43,605 nt of DNA, taken from contig SYNW01000032.1 in assembly GCA_005805045.1 (NCBI GenBank), positions 1 to 43,605 of the forward strand, in the 5' to 3' direction. This DNA is from Actinomycetota bacterium. Lineage in GTDB: Bacteria; Actinomycetota; Acidimicrobiia; Acidimicrobiales; Ilumatobacteraceae. Positions 34,663 to 43,447 of this stretch are shown here, piece by piece (within the stretch, counting starts at the first letter, position 1; every line of letters starts with the position of its first letter). Made by a program: the position numbers and the translations under genes. The notes beneath the pieces were generated by a model. The model did not search any database, was not told the origin of the DNA, and saw only the letters and a list, made by a program, of their open reading frames with translations.

Positions 34663-36000
34663 ATGATTGAGCAACAACGTGACTATGTGCTTCGCACCGT
34701 TGAAGAACGGGGAATCCGCCTGGTGCGTCTGTGGTTCACCGATGTGCTCGGAAACCTCAAGAGTTTCGCCATCAGTCCAGCCGAAATGGAAAATGCGCTC
34801 AACGACGGCATGATTTTTGACGGGTCGGCAATTGACGGTTTCAGTCGGATTCAAGAAAGTGACGTGCTGGCTTTACCCGATGCGAACACTTTTGAGGTCT
34901 TGCCATGGGTCGACCCCAAGGGCGCCGAGGCGAGGGTGTTTTGTGATGTCGCCAAACTTGACGGCACTCCATTTGATGGTGACCCGCGACAGGTTTTGCG
35001 CCGCAACTTGAACACTGCGAGAGAACTCGGCTATCAATTTTATGTCGCTCCAGACATTGAATACTTTTACTTTGATCCGCCAGCGGTTGATACACGACCG
35101 GTTCCACTGGACGAAGGTGGATTCTTCGACTTGACGAGCACCGATATCACAAGTTCGTTGCGCAAAGAAACAATCCGCACGCTCGAGACGATGAGCATCC
35201 CGGTTGAATATAGTTTCCACGAAGACTCACCCAGCCAACACGAGATCGATCTTCGACATACCGATGCCCTCACAATGGCTGACAGTGTGATGACATTCCG
35301 TCTCGTCGTCAAAGAAATCGCGGCGTTGCACAGTGTGCACGCAACATTTATGCCCAAACCACTTGAAGGCGTGCAGGGTTCTGGCATGCATCTGCATCTC
35401 ACCTTGTTCAAAGACGAACAAAACGCGTTTCATGATGCCAGCGACCCATATAACTTGTCGGTGACGGCCAAACAGTTCATGGCCGGACTATTGCGTCATG
35501 CCGCAGAAATAACCGCGGTAACGAACCAGAACATAAATAGTTACAAGCGTCTGGTGCCGGGCTTCGAAGCGCCTGTGCATATTTCGTGGGCACGCAACAA
35601 TCGAAGTGGTCTTATCCGTGTGCCAGTTCAAAAACGAAACAGCGATCAAACAACCCGTATTGAATACAGATCTCCCGACCCAGCGTGCAACCCTTACCTC
35701 GCATTCTCGGTGATTCTTGCCGCTGGTTTACGCGGCATTCGAGAGGGCTACGAACTTCCGCCAGAAGCAGATTCAAACCTTTTTGAAATGGGTGACGACA
35801 TGCTTGCGAAACTTGGTATCGAGCAGCTTCCTCAATCTATGTCCGACGCATTGCGGGTCATGGAGCGCTCGGAACTCGTCGCAGAGGCACTTGGTGAGCA
35901 CATCTTTGAATGGTTCTTGCGCAATAAACGTGCCGAGTGGCGCGGCTACAAAACTCACATCAGTCAATACGAACTCAATCGCTACCTGCGTTCACTCTGA
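34663..36000 (+). CDS. glnA: Glutamine synthetase type I, GlnA2-like (445 aa)
   Basis: The N-terminus MIEQQRDYVLRTVEERGIRLVRLWFTDVLGNLKSFAISPAEME closely parallels the mycobacterial GlnA2 N-terminus. GS catalytic blocks GSGMHLHLTLF and NSYKRLVPGFEAP are present. Confidence 0.9.
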   Translation: MIEQQRDYVLRTVEERGIRLVRLWFTDVLGNLKSFAISPAEMENALNDGMIFDGSAIDGFSRIQESDVLALPDANTFEVLPWVDPKGAEARVFCDVAKLDGTPFDGDPRQVLRRNLNTARELGYQFYVAPDIEYFYFDPPAVDTRPVPLDEGGFFDLTSTDITSSLRKETIRTLETMSIPVEYSFHEDSPSQHEIDLRHTDALTMADSVMTFRLVVKEIAALHSVHATFMPKPLEGVQGSGMHLHLTLFKDEQNAFHDASDPYNLSVTAKQFMAGLLRHAAEITAVTNQNINSYKRLVPGFEAPVHISWARNNRSGLIRVPVQKRNSDQTTRIEYRSPDPACNPYLAFSVILAAGLRGIREGYELPPEADSNLFEMGDDMLAKLGIEQLPQSMSDALRVMERSELVAEALGEHIFEWFLRNKRAEWRGYKTHISQYELNRYLRSL

Positions 36001-36008
36001 GCGAAACG

Positions 36009-36701
36009 ATGAAAAACGAACAAGACCGATTGCTCGCAGTGTTTCCTGATCCGGCGCCAATTGATGTCGCACGAACCCTCGATTTGTCGGGCTATTCGTG
36101 GAAAGCGGTCAAGTCGAACGATGTACTTGACAAACTCGAGCCAACTCCCGGCTGGGCAGGTGCCGTGGTCGACTGCAGCCAAGACCCCGAGTCGGCATGG
36201 GCAATTTGTCGGTCTTTGCGCCGCCGCGAAAATTCGGTCAGCCGCGTGATCGTGCTCGTCAGCGGCGCACAACTTGCAGATCTTGAAATGCGTGAAGATC
36301 TCTTTGACGACTTCTGTCTTGCGCCGGTTCACCCACGCGAACTTGACTCACGGTTGCGACACTTGTTTTATAGCGAGTTGTCGGTTTCACGCGAATCACT
36401 GATTGAGTACGGCGGTTTGAGCCTCAACACCGATACTTATCAAGCATCATTCGGTGGCACACCTCTTGATCTGACCTACATGGAATACGAACTACTGAAG
36501 TTCTTGGCGCAAAACCCCGGCAAAGTTTTCAGCCGCGAAGTATTGCTGTCTCGCGTCTGGGGCTACGAGTACTACGGCGGTGCTAGAACAGTCGATGTGC
36601 ATATTCGTCGTCTACGCGCAAAACTCGGCGAAGAACATGCCAACTTGATTGAGACAGTTCGCAGTGTCGGCTATCGCTTTGGTCAATCTAAGTGGAGCTG
36701 A
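36009..36701 (+). CDS. glnR: Orphan OmpR-family regulator, GlnR-like (global nitrogen regulator)
   Basis: The C-terminal winged helix LDLTYMEYELLKFLAQNPGKVFSREVLLSRVWGYEYYGGARTVDVHIRRLRAKLGEEHANLIETVRSVGYRF is close to Streptomyces GlnR. It has an atypical receiver domain and no adjacent kinase. I start at ATG 36009, 8 nt after glnA. Confidence 0.75.
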   Translation: MKNEQDRLLAVFPDPAPIDVARTLDLSGYSWKAVKSNDVLDKLEPTPGWAGAVVDCSQDPESAWAICRSLRRRENSVSRVIVLVSGAQLADLEMREDLFDDFCLAPVHPRELDSRLRHLFYSELSVSRESLIEYGGLSLNTDTYQASFGGTPLDLTYMEYELLKFLAQNPGKVFSREVLLSRVWGYEYYGGARTVDVHIRRLRAKLGEEHANLIETVRSVGYRFGQSKWS

Positions 36702-36708
36702 TGCGCTC

Positions 36709-39000
36709 GTGACCGAACAGGCCCTCGAGACGAAAATTGATTTGAGCCTTTCGGGCATGTCATGCAACGCATGCGCAATGACAATCGAAAAAGGCTTGAA
36801 CAAAATTTCTGGAGTTAATGCAACCGTCAACTATGCAACAGAGTCGGCTCGAGTCAACTTTTCAAGCGAACTTACGAACACAGATGCCCTGATCCAAACA
36901 GTCAAGTCGCTTGGCTACAGCGCTCGACTCCTCGAAAACACGACTGCCGAAATGCTCGATGCAGAAGTTGACGAAAGAGTTGCGATGTTGCTAACCCGAC
37001 TAACTGTTTCGGCGTTTTTCTCGATACCGGTGGTGTTGATTTCAATGATCGCCAGCCTGCAATTCAAAAATTGGCAATGGCTCGCCTTGTTTCTCAGCGC
37101 GCCGGTGGTTACTTGGGGGGCGTGGCCATTTCATCGGGCGGCTCTGATGAATGCGCGACATCGCGCAACGACGATGGACACCTTGATCTCGATCGGCGTA
37201 TTTGCCTCAACCGCTTGGTCAATTTGGACAATTGTCTGGGGTGACGCGGTTGATCACATTTACCGTGGCTCATCACACGAGATGAGCATGACCGGCATGA
37301 TGAAGTCGGGTGACAGTACTCATATCTATTTGGAGGTGGCTGTCGCTGTAACTGCGTTCTTGCTGGCTGGTAGATATTTCGAGGCCCGCGCGAAAAATCG
37401 TGCGAGCGATGCGTTGCGTTCATTACTCGCACTCAACGCGAGAACCGCGACAGTTCTTCGAGATTCGCAAGAACTCCTGATCGACGCCTCGCTGGTGCGT
37501 GTCGATGATCTGATGGTCGTGCGACCAGGAGAAATTATTCCGGCTGATGGCGTCGTCGTTGAAGGCAACTCATCACTTGATTTATCCGCGTTGACAGGCG
37601 AAAGCGTGCCGACCGATGTGGCGCCAGGCGGTGCAGTCACGGGCACGACCGTCAACATCACTGGTCGTCTGATCGTGCGCGCGACTCGTGTTGGTGCCGA
37701 GACTACATTCGCTCAAATCACGCGGCTTGTACGCGACGCACAAACCACGAAAGCACCGGTGCAACGACTTGCCGATCGCGTCAGCGGAGTCTTCGTGCCG
37801 ACAGTTATCGGTCTTTCAATAGTAACTTTCCTCGGCTGGTTTTTTCTCGGAGACTCGACTACTCAGGCGTTCACTGCCGCAGTGGCAGTTTTGATCATCG
37901 CCTGCCCCTGTGCACTCGGGCTTGCAACGCCGACCGCGCTGATGGTCGGCAGTGGACGTGCCGCCCAAATGGGCATCGTCATTAAAGGTGTCGACGTTTT
38001 GCAAAGCACTCGTCGAATTGACACGGTTGTATTCGACAAAACTGGGACGATCACCACAGGAATAATGCAGTTGATTGACGTATCGTTTGCGCCAGGTGCA
38101 GATCGACGCGAGGTGCTCAAGTTCGCTGGGGCTGTTGAACATGCGAGCGAACATCCAGTTGCTCGGGCAATCGCTGCAGCCGCGCGCAAAGAGCTGGGCG
38201 CTTTGCCTGATGTCAGCGATTTTGTTTCATCGCCCGGTATGGGCACATCAGGAATCGTCGAGTCACAAAAAGTAATGGTTGGCCGTGAATCTTTGTTCAG
38301 CACGTCGCTTGTGGTTGTGCCTGCAGATTTGCGTGATGCCCTTGCCCGGGCAAGGCGTGCTGGAAATACGGCCGTGCTCGTCGCTATTGGCGGTCTTGTC
38401 AAAGGCGTTTGTGTCGTCGCCGACCAACCCAAATCAACGAGTGCTCAAGCAATCACCGAACTTGACAAACTTGGGTTGCGCTCGGTTCTACTGACCGGGG
38501 ACAACGACTCGACGGCAACGGCCATTGCGATTCAAGTCGGGATCAAAAATGACGAACAACATGTCATCGCAGGAGTTCTGCCCAACGAAAAAGTTCGCGT
38601 GGTCGCCGATCTACAACAACGTGGTTATGCCGTGGCGATGGTCGGTGACGGGGTCAATGATGCGGCCGCTCTTGCACAGGCTGATGTTGGCATCGCCATG
38701 GGCACCGGCACGGACGTGGCAATGAACGCCAGCGACCTAACAATCGTCAGCGGTGATTTGCGACTGGTCGCCGATGCGATTTTGCTTTCACGAGCCACTT
38801 TGCGCACGATCACGGCCAATGTCTTTTGGGCATTCGCTTACAACACGGCGGCGATTCCATTGGCCGCGCTCGGTTATCTCAACCCGATGTGGGCTGGGTT
38901 GGCAATGGCACTCTCAAGTATTTTCGTTGTCACCAATAGTTTGCGGTTGCGAAAGACAAAACTCACGCCAAACACCGCGTTCGTGCACGCAACTCGCTGA
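36709..39000 (+). CDS. Cu(I)-translocating P1B-type ATPase
   Basis: HMA domain GMSCNACAMTIEKGL, TM6 CPCALGLATP, DKTGTIT phosphorylation site, GDGVNDAAAL, plus YN and MALSS signatures of the P1B-1 (Cu+) subgroup. I prefer GTG 36709 (GGAG upstream, 8 nt after the glnR stop). ATG 36649 is the track alternative. Confidence 0.88.
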   Translation: MTEQALETKIDLSLSGMSCNACAMTIEKGLNKISGVNATVNYATESARVNFSSELTNTDALIQTVKSLGYSARLLENTTAEMLDAEVDERVAMLLTRLTVSAFFSIPVVLISMIASLQFKNWQWLALFLSAPVVTWGAWPFHRAALMNARHRATTMDTLISIGVFASTAWSIWTIVWGDAVDHIYRGSSHEMSMTGMMKSGDSTHIYLEVAVAVTAFLLAGRYFEARAKNRASDALRSLLALNARTATVLRDSQELLIDASLVRVDDLMVVRPGEIIPADGVVVEGNSSLDLSALTGESVPTDVAPGGAVTGTTVNITGRLIVRATRVGAETTFAQITRLVRDAQTTKAPVQRLADRVSGVFVPTVIGLSIVTFLGWFFLGDSTTQAFTAAVAVLIIACPCALGLATPTALMVGSGRAAQMGIVIKGVDVLQSTRRIDTVVFDKTGTITTGIMQLIDVSFAPGADRREVLKFAGAVEHASEHPVARAIAAAARKELGALPDVSDFVSSPGMGTSGIVESQKVMVGRESLFSTSLVVVPADLRDALARARRAGNTAVLVAIGGLVKGVCVVADQPKSTSAQAITELDKLGLRSVLLTGDNDSTATAIAIQVGIKNDEQHVIAGVLPNEKVRVVADLQQRGYAVAMVGDGVNDAAALAQADVGIAMGTGTDVAMNASDLTIVSGDLRLVADAILLSRATLRTITANVFWAFAYNTAAIPLAALGYLNPMWAGLAMALSSIFVVTNSLRLRKTKLTPNTAFVHATR

Positions 39001-39757
39001 TTGCTTGCGCGCGCCAAGCGCGAGCTGTTCGTTCTGCGATGCCATAGTGCTTTGAAATCGTCGCCGCTGTTTGACCCTCGGCTACCGCACGCAAAACTTC
39101 GACATGTCGAGAATCTATTCCCTGAGCAATCGCCAAACTCAGCAAGTTTTCAAGGCTCACTCGTGGTTCAAAATCGTCGCTCTGTGGCGCGGCGACAATT
39201 TCACTGAGCAGTCTCGGCTCAACGGTGAAAATTTTGACTTTCTTGGAACGATTACCTTGTACGAACGCAAAATATTCGCTGTCCAGAACAAGATTTGAGG
39301 CGACTTTACTTGGGCGGCGATGCCATGGATATTGACGAATCACTGTCCATGCACTCGGCAAAACATCTGACATCGCGGCATCGACGCCTCCTTGCATGAT
39401 TTGCCCACGACGCCGGGCAATTGAAATCAACGGAGGCAATATTCTCTGTAAAACAATTCTCGCCGCAAGTTCGTCAGTTGACGCTCGCTTGACTAACAGC
39501 CAAAGATAACTGTCGCCTTGTGAATCATCGCGCGCAGTGTTGAAACCCGCACGGGTTAAAACTTGGTCGAGATTTTTGATTTTGTCGCCCGGTAATTTCC
39601 ACGAGTTGACAACATCAACTTCTTTGCGTCGCGAATTGATTAGTTCCCATTCTTTGATCAATTTCGCGACTGGGCTGTTGGGCCGCTGGGTCAACCCTGG
39701 GCTCCAGACCAATTGCGATGGATATTCCACTGATTGTTTTTTGTCGTTTCGAGTCAT
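38963..39757 (-). CDS. Sigma-70/ECF-like or LuxR-type HTH protein with N-terminal extension, unknown function
   Basis: 264 aa. The C-terminal HTH resembles sigma region 4 (HVEVLRAVAEGQTAATISKHYGIAERTARAWRAQAISELR). The middle part (DELAARIVLQRILPPLISIARRR...AWTVIRQY) is weakly region-2-like. Its 3' end overlaps the ATPase 3' end by 38 nt. Confidence 0.5.
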   Translation of the reverse strand: MTRNDKKQSVEYPSQLVWSPGLTQRPNSPVAKLIKEWELINSRRKEVDVVNSWKLPGDKIKNLDQVLTRAGFNTARDDSQGDSYLWLLVKRASTDELAARIVLQRILPPLISIARRRGQIMQGGVDAAMSDVLPSAWTVIRQYPWHRRPSKVASNLVLDSEYFAFVQGNRSKKVKIFTVEPRLLSEIVAAPQSDDFEPRVSLENLLSLAIAQGIDSRHVEVLRAVAEGQTAATISKHYGIAERTARAWRAQAISELRARTRCLA

Positions 39758-39861
39758 GCCCCAAATCGTTGAAACTTGACATCACCAAAACTCCGCCGCC
39801 AGAACTCACCGCAACTCTCACCAACAAAGATTTCTGCGGCCTTTTTGGGCATACTTGATGA

Positions 39862-40518
39862 ATGCGAATCACTTTGTCGTCAGGCACCCAATGCGAAATT
39901 GACAAATCGGTAAAAAATCCCGCAATGGGGCTGGTTATCGCACCCGACATCTTCGGATTGCGCCCGCTTTACGACGACCTCGTCAAAAAATTGGCCAATG
40001 ACTGGCGGTTTGCCGTTTGCGCAGTTGAACCGTTTCCCGGCCTAACTCTGGGTCCAGAAATCGAACCTCGGTTCACCGCTGTGCCATCTTTGAGCGATGA
40101 GAATCACCTGCGAGATTTGACCGAGGCAGCAGACTCACTCGAAACTCCAGAGGTTGGGTTGATCGGCTTTTGTATGGGTGGGATGTACTGCTTTAAATCT
40201 GCACGGTCTGCAAGATTCAAAAAAATCGTCTCTTTCTATGGAATGATAAAAATTCCCGGTGCTTGGCAAAGCCAAACGCAAGGTGAACCACTTGACTATT
40301 TAAAAATCGGCCACGCCGATCGCGTACTTGCAATCATTGGCGGCAAAGATAACTACACGCCACCCGCGGATGTTGCCGAGTTGATTCAACTCAAGGTGCA
40401 CACGAAGATTTATCCAGATGCCGAACATGCCTTTGCGCATGATTCATCACGACCAGTTCATCGTGCGCAAGACGCAGCCGATGCGTTCAGCCGAGCCCAC
40501 TCGTGGCTCGTAAATTAA
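39862..40518 (+). CDS. Dienelactone hydrolase family protein
   Basis: 218-aa alpha/beta hydrolase with the nucleophile-Cys motif GLIGFCMGGMY and a C-terminal HAF His motif (DAEHAFAHD). Confidence 0.75.
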   Translation: MRITLSSGTQCEIDKSVKNPAMGLVIAPDIFGLRPLYDDLVKKLANDWRFAVCAVEPFPGLTLGPEIEPRFTAVPSLSDENHLRDLTEAADSLETPEVGLIGFCMGGMYCFKSARSARFKKIVSFYGMIKIPGAWQSQTQGEPLDYLKIGHADRVLAIIGGKDNYTPPADVAELIQLKVHTKIYPDAEHAFAHDSSRPVHRAQDAADAFSRAHSWLVN

Positions 40519-40522
40519 TCTG

Positions 40523-41188
40523 CTAACTGGCGCGAAACTCTAGTTTCGCTCGCATCAAGATTCGATAGCGACGATCATGCTGCTCAAGCCAACCAAGACG
40601 AATGAAACTTGCGATTGCTTTGTTGACTCGCTCACGCGATGCGCCGACCATTCCCGCAAGTTCTTCCTGCGTAATCGGCAGGACAAATTCATCTTTGCCG
40701 CCCGACAATTCGAGCAGCCTCTTCGCCGTTCGTCCTGTGACATCAAGAAACACGCTGTCCGACAAGACTTCGTCCATCGTTCGAAGGCGTTTTGCCAGCA
40801 ATTTCGTCACGCCCCACAACATTGCTGGATTTGCTTGAAGTTGCTCGCGCACGGTCGCGTAAGGGATTTGCAAAACTGATGATGATTCAATCGCCCTTGC
40901 CATTGCGCTGCGCTCTCCGCCATCAAGCAAAGCAAGTTCGCCAAACAAATCTCCGCGCTCCATAAGTGCGAGCATGCTTTCGCGACTATCTAAAGGTCGA
41001 TTGCCAATTGCGATTGCAATACGACCAGACAGCACGATGTACATCGATTCTGGTTTGTCACCTTCCTTAAACAAAACATCACCGCGTTGCAAATTGCGCG
41101 TCTCACCTTGAGCGGCAATAGTCGCCAATACTTCGGCAGATGTCTCCGCAAAGAACTCGCTACCTTGAAGAAGTTCGTCATGTCCCAT
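40523..41188 (-). CDS. crp: Crp/Fnr family cyclic-nucleotide-binding transcriptional regulator (Crp/GlxR-like)
   Basis: cNMP-binding domain (RGDVLFKEGDKPESMYIVLSGRIAI...FGELALLDGGERSAMARA) and C-terminal HTH TQEELAGMVGASRERVNKAI. 221 aa. Confidence 0.85.
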   Translation of the reverse strand: MGHDELLQGSEFFAETSAEVLATIAAQGETRNLQRGDVLFKEGDKPESMYIVLSGRIAIAIGNRPLDSRESMLALMERGDLFGELALLDGGERSAMARAIESSSVLQIPYATVREQLQANPAMLWGVTKLLAKRLRTMDEVLSDSVFLDVTGRTAKRLLELSGGKDEFVLPITQEELAGMVGASRERVNKAIASFIRLGWLEQHDRRYRILMRAKLEFRAS

Positions 41189-41212
41189 TAGTCAATGACG
41201 GTACTACCCTAA

Positions 41213-41875
41213 ATGGGCATGAACACCGTCTCAAGGCAACGAGTCGGTGAAAAAATCTGGACGATTGTCGTGGCCGCTGGCTCCGGCTCTAGATTTGGAA
41301 GCCCCAAGCAGTTTTCACTAATTAACGAGCGCCGAGTGGTCGACTGGGCCGTTGAAACTGCACGCCTGGTTAGTGACGGCGTTGTCGTGGTTTTGCCAGC
41401 CGATCAGGCCACCCGGGAAGGTGGGGTTGTGGGTGGCGCCACTCGAAGCGCCTCGGTTCGCAGTGGTTTGGCTGAGGTACCCGATGACGCGACGATTATC
41501 TGTGTCCACGATGCAGCCCGACCATTTGCCTCAGAGTTTTTGTTCGACGAGGTCATTGATGCGGTGTGCGCAGGCGCAGACGGCGCGGTACCGGGCCTGC
41601 CCGTGGTCGACACAATCAAGTTTGTCGGTGAAAATAATGTGGTCATTTCAACACCGAATCGACGAGATCTGGTTGCAGTGCAAACCCCGCAGGCTTTTAG
41701 GGCCAAGACGCTTCGTCAAGCGCACGCGCACAACCCAGAAGGTACCGATGACTCGACGCTGGTTGAAAACAACGGTTTCAGAGTTGTCGTCGTAAATGGT
41801 GATCCGTTGAATCGAAAAATCACCACACCCGAAGATTTGAATTGGGCTCGCGCAGTCTCGCGTGGCGAGGTGTAA
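41213..41875 (+). CDS. ispD: 2-C-methyl-D-erythritol 4-phosphate cytidylyltransferase
   Basis: N-terminal block WTIVVAAGSGSRFGSPKQF and the later VHDAARPF motif. ATG at 41213 or 41219. Confidence 0.88.
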   Translation: MGMNTVSRQRVGEKIWTIVVAAGSGSRFGSPKQFSLINERRVVDWAVETARLVSDGVVVVLPADQATREGGVVGGATRSASVRSGLAEVPDDATIICVHDAARPFASEFLFDEVIDAVCAGADGAVPGLPVVDTIKFVGENNVVISTPNRRDLVAVQTPQAFRAKTLRQAHAHNPEGTDDSTLVENNGFRVVVVNGDPLNRKITTPEDLNWARAVSRGEV

Positions 41876-41885
41876 AGATTTAGCT

Positions 41886-42377
41886 ATGACGATACGGGTG
41901 CGAGTAGGTCAAGGTTTTGATATCCATCGTTTCGTCGATGCAAGTGACACTCAACGCCAACTAATTCTTGGTGGTGTTCACTATGCCAACGAGCGCGGGC
42001 TCGTCGGGCACAGTGATGCAGACGTGGTGGCACATGCCGCGGCCGAAGCGATACTTGGTGCCTGTGGCCTTGGAAATATTGGTGAGCACTTTCCTGACAC
42101 TGATGAAAAGTACAAGAATGTTGACTCAATAAAATTGCTCCAACTGGTTGCAAAAATGGCACGAGACAATCAATTCGAAATCGGCAATGTCGATTGCAGT
42201 GTCGTCTGTGAACAGCCGAAAATTTCTAAACATCGAGACGAGATGCAGCGCATTCTTTCAACAGCGGTAGGTTCGCCAGTCACAGTGAAAGGTCGTCGAG
42301 CCGAAGGTCTTGGCGCACTCGGTCGGAAAGAAGGCATTGCCTGTTGGGCAGTTGCTGTCGTTACTCAGGGCAACTAG
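41886..42377 (+). CDS. ispF: 2-C-methyl-D-erythritol 2,4-cyclodiphosphate synthase
   Basis: RVGQGFDIHRF ... GHSDADVVAHAAAEAILGA ... metal/CDP-binding signature. ATG 41886 lies after the ispD stop; the track's 41862 start overlaps ispD. Confidence 0.9.
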   Translation: MTIRVRVGQGFDIHRFVDASDTQRQLILGGVHYANERGLVGHSDADVVAHAAAEAILGACGLGNIGEHFPDTDEKYKNVDSIKLLQLVAKMARDNQFEIGNVDCSVVCEQPKISKHRDEMQRILSTAVGSPVTVKGRRAEGLGALGRKEGIACWAVAVVTQGN

Positions 42378-42390
42378 AAAAACAATTCGG

Positions 42391-43299
42391 ATGCCAAAAG
42401 ACTCAAAATCCAACAATCGAAGCGGTCGCTCAAAAAATCGATATGCCAGTAGCGGTAATCGACGAAGCAACCCAAATAGTCCCAAACGAATCGACCTTTC
42501 GAGGCGTTCAAACCGCGGCGGCAATCGCCCATCACAAAAAGAACATGGGCTAGGTGGAGAACAAATTGAAGGTCGACAAGCGGTGCGCGAACTATTGCTC
42601 GGCCAGCGACGCAAAATTCGTGAAATTTGGATTGCCAGCGACATCGAGGCCAGCCCTGTAGTTGAAGATATTTTAGATTTGGCGCGCGACCAGCGAGTTC
42701 AGGTGTTGAATGTTTCGCGCCGTGAACTCGACCGCGAAGCACGCAGCGAAGCGCCGCAGGGTGTACTGGCGAAAGCCGATGCAATTGAAGAAACTTTGCT
42801 TGCCGATTTGTTGGTTGAGTCGCGCGATACTCCGTTGTTGTTGGTGGCAATTGATGGTGTAACTGACCCAGGTAACCTCGGGGCGATTCTGCGGTGCTGT
42901 GACGGTGCCGGTGTAGACGCAGTAATTCTGCCCCGTCATCGTGCTGTGCACATCACACCGACGGTGGCCAAGGCATCTGCCGGAGCGATCGAATATCTGA
43001 ACATGTGCGTCGTTGGTGGACTGCCGAGTGCGCTCGTGGAAATGAAACGAGCTGGGGTGTCCATAGTCGGACTTGACGATGCGGCCGAAAAAAATATCTT
43101 TGATCTTGGCGAGTTCGCCAAAGAATCAATTTGTTTGGTTTTAGGTGCAGAGGGCGCCGGCATGTCGAGGCTGGCGCGAGAAAGGTGCGACCTGCTCGTC
43201 AATATTCCGATGCTTGGTTCGTTGTCTTCGCTGAATGTTTCGGTTGCTGCCGCGCTGGCCACTTATGAGATAGTTCGATCTCGGCGAAACATTAAGTAA
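42391..43299 (+). CDS. rlmB: SpoU/TrmH-family 23S rRNA (guanosine-2'-O)-methyltransferase, RlmB-like, with basic low-complexity N-terminus
   Basis: Blocks DGVTDPGNLGAILRCCDGAG, LVLGAEGAGMS and IPMLGSLSSLNVSVAAA (SPOUT knot). The N-terminal 55 aa are rich in R/S/N. ATG 42391 follows the ispF stop. Confidence 0.82.
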   Translation: MPKDSKSNNRSGRSKNRYASSGNRRSNPNSPKRIDLSRRSNRGGNRPSQKEHGLGGEQIEGRQAVRELLLGQRRKIREIWIASDIEASPVVEDILDLARDQRVQVLNVSRRELDREARSEAPQGVLAKADAIEETLLADLLVESRDTPLLLVAIDGVTDPGNLGAILRCCDGAGVDAVILPRHRAVHITPTVAKASAGAIEYLNMCVVGGLPSALVEMKRAGVSIVGLDDAAEKNIFDLGEFAKESICLVLGAEGAGMSRLARERCDLLVNIPMLGSLSSLNVSVAAALATYEIVRSRRNIK

Positions 43300-43346
43300 T
43301 CGCCTAGGAAGTGAAATCCAACGTACACTGAACGCGCCATTAAGAC

Positions 43347-43418
43347 GCCGGGGTAGCTCAGTGGCAGAGCAACCGCCTTGTAAGCGGTAGGTCGTGGGTT
43401 CAATCCCCACCCTCGGCT
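43347..43418 (+). tRNA. tRNA-Thr (anticodon UGU)
   Basis: Manual cloverleaf: acceptor GCCGGGG/CCTCGGC (one G-U), D arm GCTC-AGTGGCA-GAGC, anticodon arm ACCGC-CTTGTAA-GCGGT, variable loop AGGTC, T arm GTGGG-TTCAATC-CCCAC. 72 nt; CCA is not encoded. Confidence 0.9.
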
Positions 43419-43447
43419 CAAAGTCAAATAGGATAAGTTATACAAAT

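Noticed and set aside
38963-39757. The sigma/HTH-like ORF as the WhiG/FliA partner of the RsiG-like protein.
   Set aside because: It lacks recognisable sigma-28 region 2 and region 3 blocks and is about 10 kb away. Nothing in the sequence supports the pairing.
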